DNA of 33,656 nt from Candidatus Bipolaricaulia bacterium (GTDB taxonomy: Bacteria > Bipolaricaulota > Bipolaricaulia > JBHIAT01). The notes under the pieces are model-generated. The model had not been told where the DNA came from and searched no databases. It worked only from the letters and a program-made list of their open reading frames with translations. Location of the stretch: positions 1 through 33,656 of the forward strand of contig JBHIAT010000018.1 in NCBI GenBank assembly GCA_046758705.1, in the 5' to 3' direction. The translations under genes were made by a program, and so were the position numbers. Positions 9,683 through 18,608 of the stretch are shown here, piece by piece; position 1 is the first letter of the stretch, and each line of letters begins with the position of its first letter.

Positions 9683-10792
9683 CTAACTTGTGAACTCGGA
9701 TTTCTGGCTGATCTCCTCGCATAGCTTCACCAGTTCCAGCACCCGTTCGTCCGGTGTGCCCGCCTCGATGTCGGCAAAGACCATATCGCAAGGCCCATAT
9801 TCGCGAGCGATTTGCTCCAGGTCGCTTCGGATTTCAGCGGAACGCTTATCAGCAACATCCATGGGTGTGTACATGATCGCTCTGCGAGCGTGCGGGAACA
9901 CCTGTTTTGCTCTGGGGAGGTCCGACTCCATCCCCATATCGACATAGCCTAAGTGGGGGATGGTGGCGTAATGCTCGACATAGTGATCGGCATTCCAGGC
10001 ACAGTTGTGGACTCCAATCAGACCGAAGGTCTCGGCTATGCATCGATCGAAGGGAAGGAGTAGATCACGGTAGAGTTCAGGGGAGACCAGATTAACAAGA
10101 CAATTGCTGACGGTGAAGTGCTGAATGTGGACTCCGGTTTGGTGCTGGACCTCATACAGTCGTCGGGCGCCCGCGATCATCGTCATGGCCACGCACTCAA
10201 ACAGATGCCGAGTCCGTGTCGGCTCCTGCAACATGTCCACAAGCAAATGCTCACCACGCAAACGGTAAGCGTTATTGAGCACCCCTTGCCAATTGATGAA
10301 ACCTTCCGTCCGGCCGGTCTCACGGGCGATCCACTCTACCTGTTCTAAGAAAGCGGTGAAAAAAGGATTCGAATCCAGGTCGGGAGGCTCCAGTCGGTTC
10401 AGTTGCTCGTCGCTCAAGAATTGGTGTTTGCTCCACGGCCAGTTCTCTGGATGGTACTGAATCGGAACCCCATAGATCGCGGCCACGAAGCTCGTACCGA
10501 AAGTTCCTGTGATGAGATCGGCCGGTTCATCCGGATTTTCGACCCCGCCGATAGGAATACTGCCGAAGCGCCGTTTCAGCTCTCTCCCCATGCGAATCAT
10601 GGCGCTTAGACGATAGGCCGGATCTTTGTGCCATGGCTCATCGAAGTCGATGTCCAGAGCGTCGCGATACCATTTCGGTGTAAACCCGATCTCGGGCCGC
10701 ATAAACGGCTCATCACCCCGTGCCGGTCTGCGGGTGGCAGGCGCCGAGGGCGCAATATAGCTAATGAGCTGTCTTGGGGTTTTCTCTGTCAT
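9683..10792 (-). CDS. Uroporphyrinogen decarboxylase / MtaA-CmuA-like TIM-barrel protein of unknown function
   Basis: Pattern GVLNNAYRLRG...DMLQEP...SPELYRDLLLP...HNC...GTPDE is typical of the URO-D superfamily. ATG at 10792 follows AGAGGGA; the longer ORF-track start overlaps the aldolase gene. Confidence 0.6.
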   Translation of the reverse strand: MTEKTPRQLISYIAPSAPATRRPARGDEPFMRPEIGFTPKWYRDALDIDFDEPWHKDPAYRLSAMIRMGRELKRRFGSIPIGGVENPDEPADLITGTFGTSFVAAIYGVPIQYHPENWPWSKHQFLSDEQLNRLEPPDLDSNPFFTAFLEQVEWIARETGRTEGFINWQGVLNNAYRLRGEHLLVDMLQEPTRTRHLFECVAMTMIAGARRLYEVQHQTGVHIQHFTVSNCLVNLVSPELYRDLLLPFDRCIAETFGLIGVHNCAWNADHYVEHYATIPHLGYVDMGMESDLPRAKQVFPHARRAIMYTPMDVADKRSAEIRSDLEQIAREYGPCDMVFADIEAGTPDERVLELVKLCEEISQKSEFTS

Positions 10793-11462
10793 GGAATTTC
10801 CCTCTGGTTTCGTATCTGATTTGGTTCCAGTCCTGCTCAAATTGCTCCAGAGAAGCGCGAGTAACATCGTGTCGAAACAGTTCTTCAAAAACGGAATAAA
10901 ATACAACGACCGCATGGGCGCCGGATAACAGCGCGCCCGTCGCGTCTTCCGGTGTACGCACACTCGCTGCGACAATTTTGGTGTCTATTCCGTGTCGCAT
11001 ATACAACTCAGCCACGTTTCTGATCAAGCCTGGAGCGTCTTGCCCAGCCGCATTAATGCGTCCAAAATACGGAGCGATATAGTGGGCCCCGGCAACGGCG
11101 GCTAGATAAGCCTGGTTGACCGAGCAGACAGCGGTAACCAGGGTCGCTATACCGCCTCTGGCTAACTGGCTTGCGGCCGATATTCCATCGGGCGTCGCAG
11201 GCAGCTTGAAACAAATCTGTGTTGAGATGGATCGCAACGCCTCGGCTTCGACCAAAAACTCATCTTTCTTAGGACCCCAAAGTTGCACAAATAGCGGTAG
11301 ATCCACCTTTCGGCATGCTTTTTCTACAACCTCTTCCAGTGTGTAGCGTCCTCCATCGGTCCACTGGACGATCAACCTGGGATTGGTCGCTACCGCTTCG
11401 ATCAGGCCGGTTGCCGCTGCGACTTCCACTTCTTCAATACTCCCGGAGATCCACACGCCCAT
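10761..11462 (-). CDS. Transaldolase-family, fructose-6-phosphate aldolase-like enzyme
   Basis: ATNP, Schiff-base lysine in FKLP, YIAPYFGR, and AASVR. Confidence 0.85.
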   Translation of the reverse strand: MGVWISGSIEEVEVAAATGLIEAVATNPRLIVQWTDGGRYTLEEVVEKACRKVDLPLFVQLWGPKKDEFLVEAEALRSISTQICFKLPATPDGISAASQLARGGIATLVTAVCSVNQAYLAAVAGAHYIAPYFGRINAAGQDAPGLIRNVAELYMRHGIDTKIVAASVRTPEDATGALLSGAHAVVVFYSVFEELFRHDVTRASLEQFEQDWNQIRYETRGKFHDRENPKTAH

Positions 11463-11478
11463 CTTCGGTCACCTCATT

Positions 11479-12369
11479 TCATGCCAATAATCCTTTTTCT
11501 CTGAGCAGATGCTCTGAGGCGTGCTTCGATTCGGCTGGCATGGGTTCTAACGGGGCGCGCAACCAACGCGCATAATTTTTACCTTTCAGCTCCAGACAGG
11601 CCTTGATCCCTGCGATCGGAGAGGATCCTAACATGATCTTCTGTATAGTTAAGATTAAACCCTGGGTTTCCCGGGCACGTCTCAAATCCTCATTTCGGAT
11701 TGCAGCCACTAAATCGACGATGAGTTCTGGAAAAGCGTTGGCTAAGCCGGAAACGACTCCATCCCCGCCAATCATCATGGCTGGGAGAATCAATCCGTCA
11801 TCGGCTTGAAAGCGTGAAAAATTCTTTGATTCGGTCGCTTGTAAGTAAAGATAGAACCTTTTCAAGTCGCCCGAGCTGTCCTTTAGGCCAACGATGTTTT
11901 CATGACGGGCCAGACGAGCCACTGTTTCTGGATCGAGGGTATTTCCAGTCACAGCGGGATAGTGATAGATGACCACGGGTAAAGGTGAGGCATCCGCGAC
12001 TTGAGTGAGGTGATTGAGGAGTGCGGGCTGGCTTAATTTAAAGAAATAGGGAGTGATGACCACATTGATATCAGCGCCCGCTTCGGCAGTCAATTGGCAC
12101 CAGCGTATGGTTTCTTGAGTACTAGGGGCACCCACCCCGGAAAAAACGGTTACTTTCCCTCGAACCGTTTGAACGGTTTTATGAATCAGAGTTTCTCTTT
12201 CATTTTGGGTTAAAAGCGGCGTCTCTCCGGTGGTGCCCATCACGAAGACGCCGTCGATCACGTACTCCAGTAAAAACCCAATGTGCTCGCCGAACGCGGT
12301 CACATCCACTGCACCATCCGGTTGATATGGGGTGATTAAGGGTACGATCACACCACCGTGAAGCCGCAT
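11479..12369 (-). CDS. DHDPS/N-acetylneuraminate lyase family class I aldolase
   Basis: GTTGE, TPYF, YHYPAVTG, GLKDSSGD. ATG at 12369 follows GAGGGGGG. Confidence 0.88.
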   Translation of the reverse strand: MRLHGGVIVPLITPYQPDGAVDVTAFGEHIGFLLEYVIDGVFVMGTTGETPLLTQNERETLIHKTVQTVRGKVTVFSGVGAPSTQETIRWCQLTAEAGADINVVITPYFFKLSQPALLNHLTQVADASPLPVVIYHYPAVTGNTLDPETVARLARHENIVGLKDSSGDLKRFYLYLQATESKNFSRFQADDGLILPAMMIGGDGVVSGLANAFPELIVDLVAAIRNEDLRRARETQGLILTIQKIMLGSSPIAGIKACLELKGKNYARWLRAPLEPMPAESKHASEHLLREKGLLA

Positions 12370-12389
12370 ACAACCCCCCTCGGTGTTCG

Positions 12390-13664
12390 TCACTTCAGCA
12401 ACCGTGGCAAGAATAACACAAAACCTTCCCAATAGGTGATCGTAAACAACACAATAATCAACGTGACGAGATAGGGAAACGCCTCTTTGACGAGCGTAGC
12501 GACCGGCACCTTTGTCAGACCGTTCATCACAAACAACAGCGCCCCAAATGGGGGGGTGATTAAACCGATCATCAGGTTCAAGATGACCACGACCCCGAAA
12601 TGGACCAGATCAATGCCTGCGGCTTGAACGACAGGCACAACGATGGGCAGGAAGATCACGATGATGGCACCGACGTCAAGGACCATGCCGAGGATTAAGA
12701 ACAGGATGTTTAAGATCAACAGGAGCACCCACTTGTTGTCTGTGACGGACAAAAGCCACGCTGCTATCCGAGCCGGAACTTGTTCTCGAGTGACCACCCA
12801 GCTGAGCAACAATGAGGTGATCAGGATGAACGTGATAAACCCGGTGCGGACGACCACCGTTTTGAGGATCGCTAGCAAATCTTTCAAGGTGAATTCCCTG
12901 TAGATGAGGAACGCGATCAGCAGTGCGTAGAAGGCGGTGACGGCTGCGGCTTCAGTGGGGGTAAACACGCCGCTGAAGATTCCTCCCAACAGGAGCACCG
13001 GGGTCAACAGAGCGAAAAAGGCGCGTCCAAATGCGATTCGGATTTCACGGAGGTTGGCGCGCTGGTCGCGTTGGAAGCCACGGCGTCGCGCGATGAAGTA
13101 GGTGGTCACCATCATGGCGCCACCCATGAGCATGCCCGGCAGCAACCCGGCGAGAAATAGCTGTCCGACTGAAGCCCCGGCAATGATGGCGTAGAGAATC
13201 ATCGGGATGCTGGGAGGGATAATGGGCCCAACGGTGGAGGAGGATGCTGAAACGGCTGCGGCAAAGCTTTTGTCATAACCCTGAGACGTCATGGCCTCGA
13301 TTTCCATAAGGCCGGGGCCGGACGCATCCGCAATCGCTGACCCTGACATGCCGGCGAAGAAAATGCTGTCCACGATGTTGACCTGAGCTAAACTGCCCGG
13401 GAAATGTCCGACCAAGGTTTGGGCAAAAGAGAAAATACGTTTGGTAATGCCTGTCGAGTTCATGATCTCTGCGGCGAATATGAAGAAAGGTACAGCCAAC
13501 AGCACGAAACTGTTTGTCCCGAGGACGAGTTTCTGAACAATCAAGCTCGGGTTTAATCTTTCCAGATAAAGATAGAGCGCAGAGGATGAGATGAAAGCGA
13601 ATACGATGGGGAAGCCTAAGATGAACAGTCCGACGACGGAGACCAAAAATATCGTGAATATCAT
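12390..13664 (-). CDS. dctM: TRAP transporter large permease
   Basis: LAVPFFI, SGSAIAD, IIPPSIP, TPTEA and ITPPFG motifs. Confidence 0.93.
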   Translation of the reverse strand: MIFTIFLVSVVGLFILGFPIVFAFISSSALYLYLERLNPSLIVQKLVLGTNSFVLLAVPFFIFAAEIMNSTGITKRIFSFAQTLVGHFPGSLAQVNIVDSIFFAGMSGSAIADASGPGLMEIEAMTSQGYDKSFAAAVSASSSTVGPIIPPSIPMILYAIIAGASVGQLFLAGLLPGMLMGGAMMVTTYFIARRRGFQRDQRANLREIRIAFGRAFFALLTPVLLLGGIFSGVFTPTEAAAVTAFYALLIAFLIYREFTLKDLLAILKTVVVRTGFITFILITSLLLSWVVTREQVPARIAAWLLSVTDNKWVLLLILNILFLILGMVLDVGAIIVIFLPIVVPVVQAAGIDLVHFGVVVILNLMIGLITPPFGALLFVMNGLTKVPVATLVKEAFPYLVTLIIVLFTITYWEGFVLFLPRLLK

Positions 13665-14173
13665 CGACGTTCTCTCCTCAGGGATTGCAGTCGCTCAACA
13701 TCCGAGAGGAAGTGGGACATGGCATGAATCGCGATAAATCCCATAGATACAGGCAATGAGGCAAATAACCAACCCCAGGAGATCCCAGTTCCTCCTGGAG
13801 ATTTGATAACCTTAATGAAGTTAACATAGTTGAAAGATACTTGGAATGTGTAAACAGCGATGCTGAGCACCAGAACATCGCTTAACAAGGCGATCCACGA
13901 TCGGGCTCGGCCAGGGAGGTAGTTTAGGATCAAATCCATGACCACGTGCTCACGTCGGTTAAACGCATAAGCGGCTCCGATCATGACCAACCAGGCAAAC
14001 GATTGAATCGCGGCGTCTTCTGACCAGGTTGAGGGACGGTTGATCACATAACGCATAAAAACCTGATAGAGAGCGGCCGTTGTCATCGTAATGAGGAAGA
14101 AACCCCCTAAAGTCGCCTCGATCATCGCCAGGATCTTATCAATAGTTTTAAAAACATCTCGAACTTTTCGCAT
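13661..14173 (-). CDS. dctQ: TRAP transporter small permease
   Basis: Four transmembrane segments; QVFMRY...WSED and HV-x-D motifs; stop overlaps the dctM start. Confidence 0.9.
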   Translation of the reverse strand: MRKVRDVFKTIDKILAMIEATLGGFFLITMTTAALYQVFMRYVINRPSTWSEDAAIQSFAWLVMIGAAYAFNRREHVVMDLILNYLPGRARSWIALLSDVLVLSIAVYTFQVSFNYVNFIKVIKSPGGTGISWGWLFASLPVSMGFIAIHAMSHFLSDVERLQSLRRERR

Positions 14174-14185
14174 AGGATTTGTTCA

Positions 14186-14231
14186 ATAAAAATAGGGCAG
14201 GTTAGCAATCTCTACCACAACCTGCCCTATT
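14186..14231 (-). terminator. Hairpin / partial terminator between dctP and dctQ
   Basis: Perfect 13-bp inverted repeat AATAGGGCAGGTT (14191-14203) / AACCTGCCCTATT (14219-14231), followed by a U-rich tract on the minus strand. Confidence 0.7.
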
Positions 14232-14291
14232 GTCACCTACCAACTTTGTCAGCGCGGAGTGCCCTCCTTTTCCGACTCCGACATGCCCGAT

Positions 14292-15290
14292 CTACTGGAA
14301 GCGCTGAATGTCTGCGTACAGATCACCGAAGATAGCCGAGAAGATCTTCTGGCCGCTGTCTCGGAACGGGGCCTTGTCCGGAGTAATGATGTGGAGGTGG
14401 TCCTCCTCGTTGAACTTTTCGGCCAACGAGGCTTCTTGATCCACAATGATCTGGTTTTGTTCTTCTCCGCCGACTTCGAGCGCTTCCAGGATGATATTCC
14501 GATCTCGTCTGGAAAGGCCATCCCAGAAAGCCTTGTTAAAGAACGGCATGATGTTGTCCACGATATGGCTGGTCAGGATCAAGAACTTGACCACTTCATA
14601 GAATTTAGCGGCATCAATCGTGGGCAAGGGGTTTTCTTGAGCATCAATGACACCACTCTGTAATGCCCCATAGACCTCGCCAAACCCTAAAGGTGTGGGG
14701 TTGGACCCTAACGCCCTAGCTGCATTAATAAAGGCCGGGGCATTTGGTGCGCGTAATTTGACCGCGCCAAAATCATCGGGTGAAAATGGCGGGCATCTTC
14801 CCGTGTCACGCACCGTGACCTGGCGAGTCCCCAAATACCACGTATCCGCCACGACAAGGTTGGCAGCCCGTTCTCCTTGCTCGATTAAGCTTCGTCCAAG
14901 ATTCGATCTGGCAAAGCGCACCATATGGTCAACGTTTCGGAACGCATAAGCCGCGTTAAAAACGCCCAGCGGCTCGTGAAATTGTGCGATCCATGCGGCT
15001 GCCCCCATCCACGCCTCTTGAGTTCCATCGATGGTTTGGAGTAACTGTTGTTGCTGGTTTCCCAGTTGACCTGCGGGGAAAACTTGCATCTCTATGCGTC
15101 CACCGCTTAGTTGTTGCATGAACCTGCCTGCGGTTGCAAGACCGACATTATAAGGTTGGGTCGGAGGACCATCATGGCCCATCCGAATCTCAACGGTACC
15201 CTGAGCTTGAGATAAGAAGCCGGCTGTGCTGAGCACGGCTGCGGTTGTGCCAACCGTCTTGATAAAATCTCTTCGGGTCAGAGATTTCAT
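14292..15290 (-). CDS. dctP: TRAP substrate-binding protein with Tat signal
   Basis: MKSLTRRDFIK twin-arginine motif; FPAGQLG, KLRAP, EVYGALQSGVIDAQENP. RBS AGGAGG precedes ATG 15290. Confidence 0.92.
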   Translation of the reverse strand: MKSLTRRDFIKTVGTTAAVLSTAGFLSQAQGTVEIRMGHDGPPTQPYNVGLATAGRFMQQLSGGRIEMQVFPAGQLGNQQQQLLQTIDGTQEAWMGAAAWIAQFHEPLGVFNAAYAFRNVDHMVRFARSNLGRSLIEQGERAANLVVADTWYLGTRQVTVRDTGRCPPFSPDDFGAVKLRAPNAPAFINAARALGSNPTPLGFGEVYGALQSGVIDAQENPLPTIDAAKFYEVVKFLILTSHIVDNIMPFFNKAFWDGLSRRDRNIILEALEVGGEEQNQIIVDQEASLAEKFNEEDHLHIITPDKAPFRDSGQKIFSAIFGDLYADIQRFQ

Positions 15291-15418
15291 GACGTAAAAC
15301 CTCCTATTTTTTAAGACTTTGGGGGACAAGGCTCCTCCTTGCTTGAGTTTTCAGCAGGCGTGAACCACCTCCTCACTTTAAGTCTTGAAATGTTTGAATA
15401 AGCATTTCTACCACGTTG

Positions 15419-15448
15419 TTTATAACATAAATCGAGCAACACTGTCAA
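15419..15448 (-). promoter_or_regulatory. Sigma70-type promoter for the TRAP operon
   Basis: TTGACA, 18 nt, TATAAA with an extended TGn on the minus strand. Confidence 0.6.
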
Positions 15449-15503
15449 CAGCAAGATGTGCGGTCTACATCCGCTTTCTAGAGCTTGAAGGGTGACCCTC
15501 GGG

Positions 15504-18428
15504 TCACCCTTTGATGTTGAGGACGGGGACCATGCGGGCGACCTTGGTGCCGATGCCAAGCTCATGGGAGACATGGACGACCTCGTCCAAATCCTTGTAG
15601 ACGCCTGGTGCTTCTTCGGCGATCGTCGCCTGGCTCTGACCTCGGACGAAGATCCCTCGGCTTCTCAGCTCGTCTTGCACCTGCTTCGCCCGGTAGCGTT
15701 TCTTCGCCTGAGTCCGAGACATCACCCGGCCGGCTCCGTGGGCGGTGCTGCCAAAGGTGAGTTCCATTGCCCCGGGGGTTCCTTTGAGGATGTAGGAACC
15801 GGTTCCCATCGAACCCGGGATCAGCACCGGCTGGCCGACATCCCGGTAGGCGGCGGGAACCTCGGGGCGTCCCTTGGGAAACGCCCGCGTCGCACCCTTG
15901 CGGTGGACGTAGACCGCCCGCTCGGCTCCGTTGACCTTGTGCGTTTCGATCTTGCCGATGTTGTGGGCGACATCGTAGAGCAGATCAAGCCCCAGGTTCT
16001 CCCAGTGCTCCTCCAAGACCGATTCGAAGCACTCCCGCAGTCGGTGGGTGATGAGCTGGCGGTTGCACCAGGCGAAGTTGATGGCGCAGTTCATCGCCTT
16101 GTAATAGTCATCGGCCAACCGACTCCCCGCCGGGGCGTAAGCGAGCTGGCGGTCGGGAAGCTGGGCGATCAGATCGGGGTATTCGCGGTCACAGCGCCTC
16201 AGGTAATCGGTGCAGATCTGATGGCCGAATCCCCGAGAACCGCAGTGAATCATCACCACCAGTTGGTCCTGGAACAGGCCGTAATCTCGGGTGGTCTTGG
16301 TGTCGTGAATCTCGGCCACCCGCTGGACTTCGAGGAAGTGGTTGCCCGATCCCAGCGATCCGAGCTGGTGTCGGGCCCGTGCCTTAGCCTCGGAGGAGAC
16401 GGCGGACGGATCGGCGCCGGGGCGCATGCCATTGTCCTCACAGTGGTTGAGGTCGTCCTCGACGGCGTAGCCGTGCTTGAGTGCCCACCGCACCCCGTTT
16501 CGGGCCACCTCGTCCACCTGAGCCGCCGGCAAGCTCACCACGCTTCCCTTGCCCAGCCCCGTCGGAATCTGGGTAAAGAGCGTGTTGAGCAATTTTTCCT
16601 CTTTGCCGCGAAGGTCATCGCGGGTTAATTGAGATTTCACCACCCTGACGCCGCAGTTAGAGACCACAAAGCCGTTGGCGATGAAGTTATGATCAGGGTG
16701 ATCGACGGTGAAGTCATAGACGTCGTCGTCGAAGTTTTCTAAGGGTTCGATCTCGGCGATGCGGTCCCAGACCATACCGCTCTTCCCTAAGCCGGTGGTG
16801 GCCTCTTCCACATACTCCTCAAAAGTAGGGAAGTTGCTTGCGATCCGCACACCAGTCGCTCTCTCGAGCTCTCGGTAGATGTGAGATGGAGATAAACCTG
16901 CGGCCTGTAGGACGAGCGCTTTCTCCGTGGCCCGCTCTCTGGTCTCCAAAACCCATTGCTTAAGCTTCAGATATTGAACGGCGGCATTAGCCAGGACTTG
17001 ACGCTCTCGGTTGTACTCGAAGCCCACTTGACCCCAAAGGTTGAGCAGACTCTCCGATTGGGAAGAGAGGGACAGTCTCAACCGATAGGAGAGCGATCCA
17101 TCTCGGTTGATGTACGATTTGCGGACGCTGATCGTCTTGGTCTTCACGCCGAACTCTCGGAGGAGCGTGGCGATGTCCTCCAGAAACGCCTGTCCACTCT
17201 CAACGAATCCTTCGCGCTTGTTGAGGGAGAGGATGGGTGTGTAAAAGTTGTAGCCGTGGTCGGTGAGGGTCTGGGGCTTGGAAAGTTCTGCGCCGAAGAG
17301 GGCAGCCAGAAAGAGGCGCTTCTGCCAAAGCGGAACCTCAAAGAGCCAAGCAGGCAAGCGATAATCCTGTTGGGATTTGAAGCTGACTGGAGCTCCTAAG
17401 GCCATCAACAGGAGGGCAAAGGCGCTGCTTTGGACGTGGACGCTCGTCTCGCGATAGTCGAACTCACATTTCCCATAGAAGGTCTTAATCTGATGATGTC
17501 GCTCTCGCGTGTAGATCTGATTAGGGGAGAACCCTAGCGCGATAATATCCTCTCGAATCGGCTCCAGATCCTCGGGGTTCCCATAGAAGGCAATCTGACC
17601 TTTTCGTTTTCGACCAAAGGAGATCGCTCCATCCCCGAAGATGAAGCCGAGCAACCTCAACAGATGGGAAAGCTTTGGCGAGCTCAATCGGAGTGGAAGA
17701 AGACCACGCCGCCTCAGCTGGTTCAAGATCTGCACCCTGGCATTTCCGTTTGAGCCTTTACCGAATCGCTCCAACAGCGGTGTTAAGTGTGCCTCATCCA
17801 CGAGGATGTCATCAGGCAGAGCTTCATAAGGGACGCCCTCAAAGGGATAAATGGCAACGTAATCGCCTGCACGAAGCTGTTCCAGTTCAATCATGCCTTT
17901 CGGTGTCCAGAAGGGATGATCTCCCGTGGCCTTGAGCTGGTGACCGGCCTCTGTGACGACGCGATAGACCGGTTTGCGTGGGTGCAGCTTCAGGTATCGA
18001 ACTATTGTGGTCCCTATCGGCGTTTCTTGGGAGAAATCTTGGCAGAGCAACCGGGTTTGGGACCAAGTATCTTCTATCTCTCCGATTTCACGGTAGTAAC
18101 CGTCCTGATGTAGGATCTTTGAATCTCCTGTAATGCAGTTTATGTCGAATCCCACAGCTCCTGGCGAAAGCATTCCGTGTTCGACATCTGATGCCGCCAC
18201 ACCGCCGACCGGGAAGCCGTATCCTTGGTGGGCATCGGGCAGCGCGCAGGTGTACTTATAGATCCCCGGCAGCAACGTCATGTTACGTGCCTGTTCCAAA
18301 GTCTTGTCGAGCTTGATCTTGTTGAGCAGTTCTTCACTGGCGAACACCCGCGCCGGGACGGTCATCTCCCCCGTCTTCGGGATCTCCCAGATGTACTCGG
18401 AGAGCCGTTCCAGCTCTATTTCTCCCAT
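15504..18428 (-). CDS. rtcB: RNA ligase RtcB, intein-containing
   Basis: PDAHQGYGFPVGG, GFDIN/CG, SLGSGNHFLE, IHCGSRG, AHN, HRKGAT, AHGAGR, EEAPGVYK, terminal IKG. Start at ATG 18428 or GTG 18437. Confidence 0.95.
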   Translation of the reverse strand: MGEIELERLSEYIWEIPKTGEMTVPARVFASEELLNKIKLDKTLEQARNMTLLPGIYKYTCALPDAHQGYGFPVGGVAASDVEHGMLSPGAVGFDINCITGDSKILHQDGYYREIGEIEDTWSQTRLLCQDFSQETPIGTTIVRYLKLHPRKPVYRVVTEAGHQLKATGDHPFWTPKGMIELEQLRAGDYVAIYPFEGVPYEALPDDILVDEAHLTPLLERFGKGSNGNARVQILNQLRRRGLLPLRLSSPKLSHLLRLLGFIFGDGAISFGRKRKGQIAFYGNPEDLEPIREDIIALGFSPNQIYTRERHHQIKTFYGKCEFDYRETSVHVQSSAFALLLMALGAPVSFKSQQDYRLPAWLFEVPLWQKRLFLAALFGAELSKPQTLTDHGYNFYTPILSLNKREGFVESGQAFLEDIATLLREFGVKTKTISVRKSYINRDGSLSYRLRLSLSSQSESLLNLWGQVGFEYNRERQVLANAAVQYLKLKQWVLETRERATEKALVLQAAGLSPSHIYRELERATGVRIASNFPTFEEYVEEATTGLGKSGMVWDRIAEIEPLENFDDDVYDFTVDHPDHNFIANGFVVSNCGVRVVKSQLTRDDLRGKEEKLLNTLFTQIPTGLGKGSVVSLPAAQVDEVARNGVRWALKHGYAVEDDLNHCEDNGMRPGADPSAVSSEAKARARHQLGSLGSGNHFLEVQRVAEIHDTKTTRDYGLFQDQLVVMIHCGSRGFGHQICTDYLRRCDREYPDLIAQLPDRQLAYAPAGSRLADDYYKAMNCAINFAWCNRQLITHRLRECFESVLEEHWENLGLDLLYDVAHNIGKIETHKVNGAERAVYVHRKGATRAFPKGRPEVPAAYRDVGQPVLIPGSMGTGSYILKGTPGAMELTFGSTAHGAGRVMSRTQAKKRYRAKQVQDELRSRGIFVRGQSQATIAEEAPGVYKDLDEVVHVSHELGIGTKVARMVPVLNIKG
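16656..18137 (-). mobile_element. 494-aa intein with LAGLIDADG homing endonuclease in rtcB
   Basis: N-terminal CITGDSKI; block B TGDHPF; LAGLIDADG-like LLGFIFGDG and FLAALFGAE; block F VYDFTV; C-terminal NGFVVSN followed by the +1 Cys. Confidence 0.93.
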
Positions 18429-18456
18429 CCTGATCACTCTCCGATAATGCCGATGT

Positions 18457-18486
18457 ATTCTACAATTCTGTGACTCTCCCTGTCAA
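18457..18486 (-). promoter_or_regulatory. Sigma70-type promoter for rtcB
   Basis: TTGACA, 18 nt, TAGAAT on the minus strand, about 30 nt before the start codon. Confidence 0.65.
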
Positions 18487-18549
18487 GAAGCCCAGCATCG
18501 TCTCTCCCCGGTTTCCCCGGTTGACACCAGGACTGTGCCGTCGGCTGCT

Positions 18550-18578
18550 TTGAAGCCCTCGGGCCGGTGGTGTATAAT
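18550..18578 (+). promoter_or_regulatory. Sigma70-type promoter for the lipA-pdh operon
   Basis: TTGAAG, 17 nt, TATAAT. Confidence 0.6.
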
Positions 18579-18608
18579 AAACCCAGATTGCTGCCAAAAG
18601 CAGATTTG

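Noticed and set aside
10793-10975. N-terminal extension of the URO-D-like ORF
   Set aside because: It overlaps the aldolase gene in another frame; there is a better start with an RBS at 10792.
15492-16628. 378-aa plus-strand ORF
   Set aside because: Antisense shadow of the GC-rich rtcB C-extein; no motifs.
18521-18578. TTGACA at 18521 paired with TATAAT at 18573
   Set aside because: The 46-nt spacing is far too long; TTGAAG at 18550 gives 17 nt.
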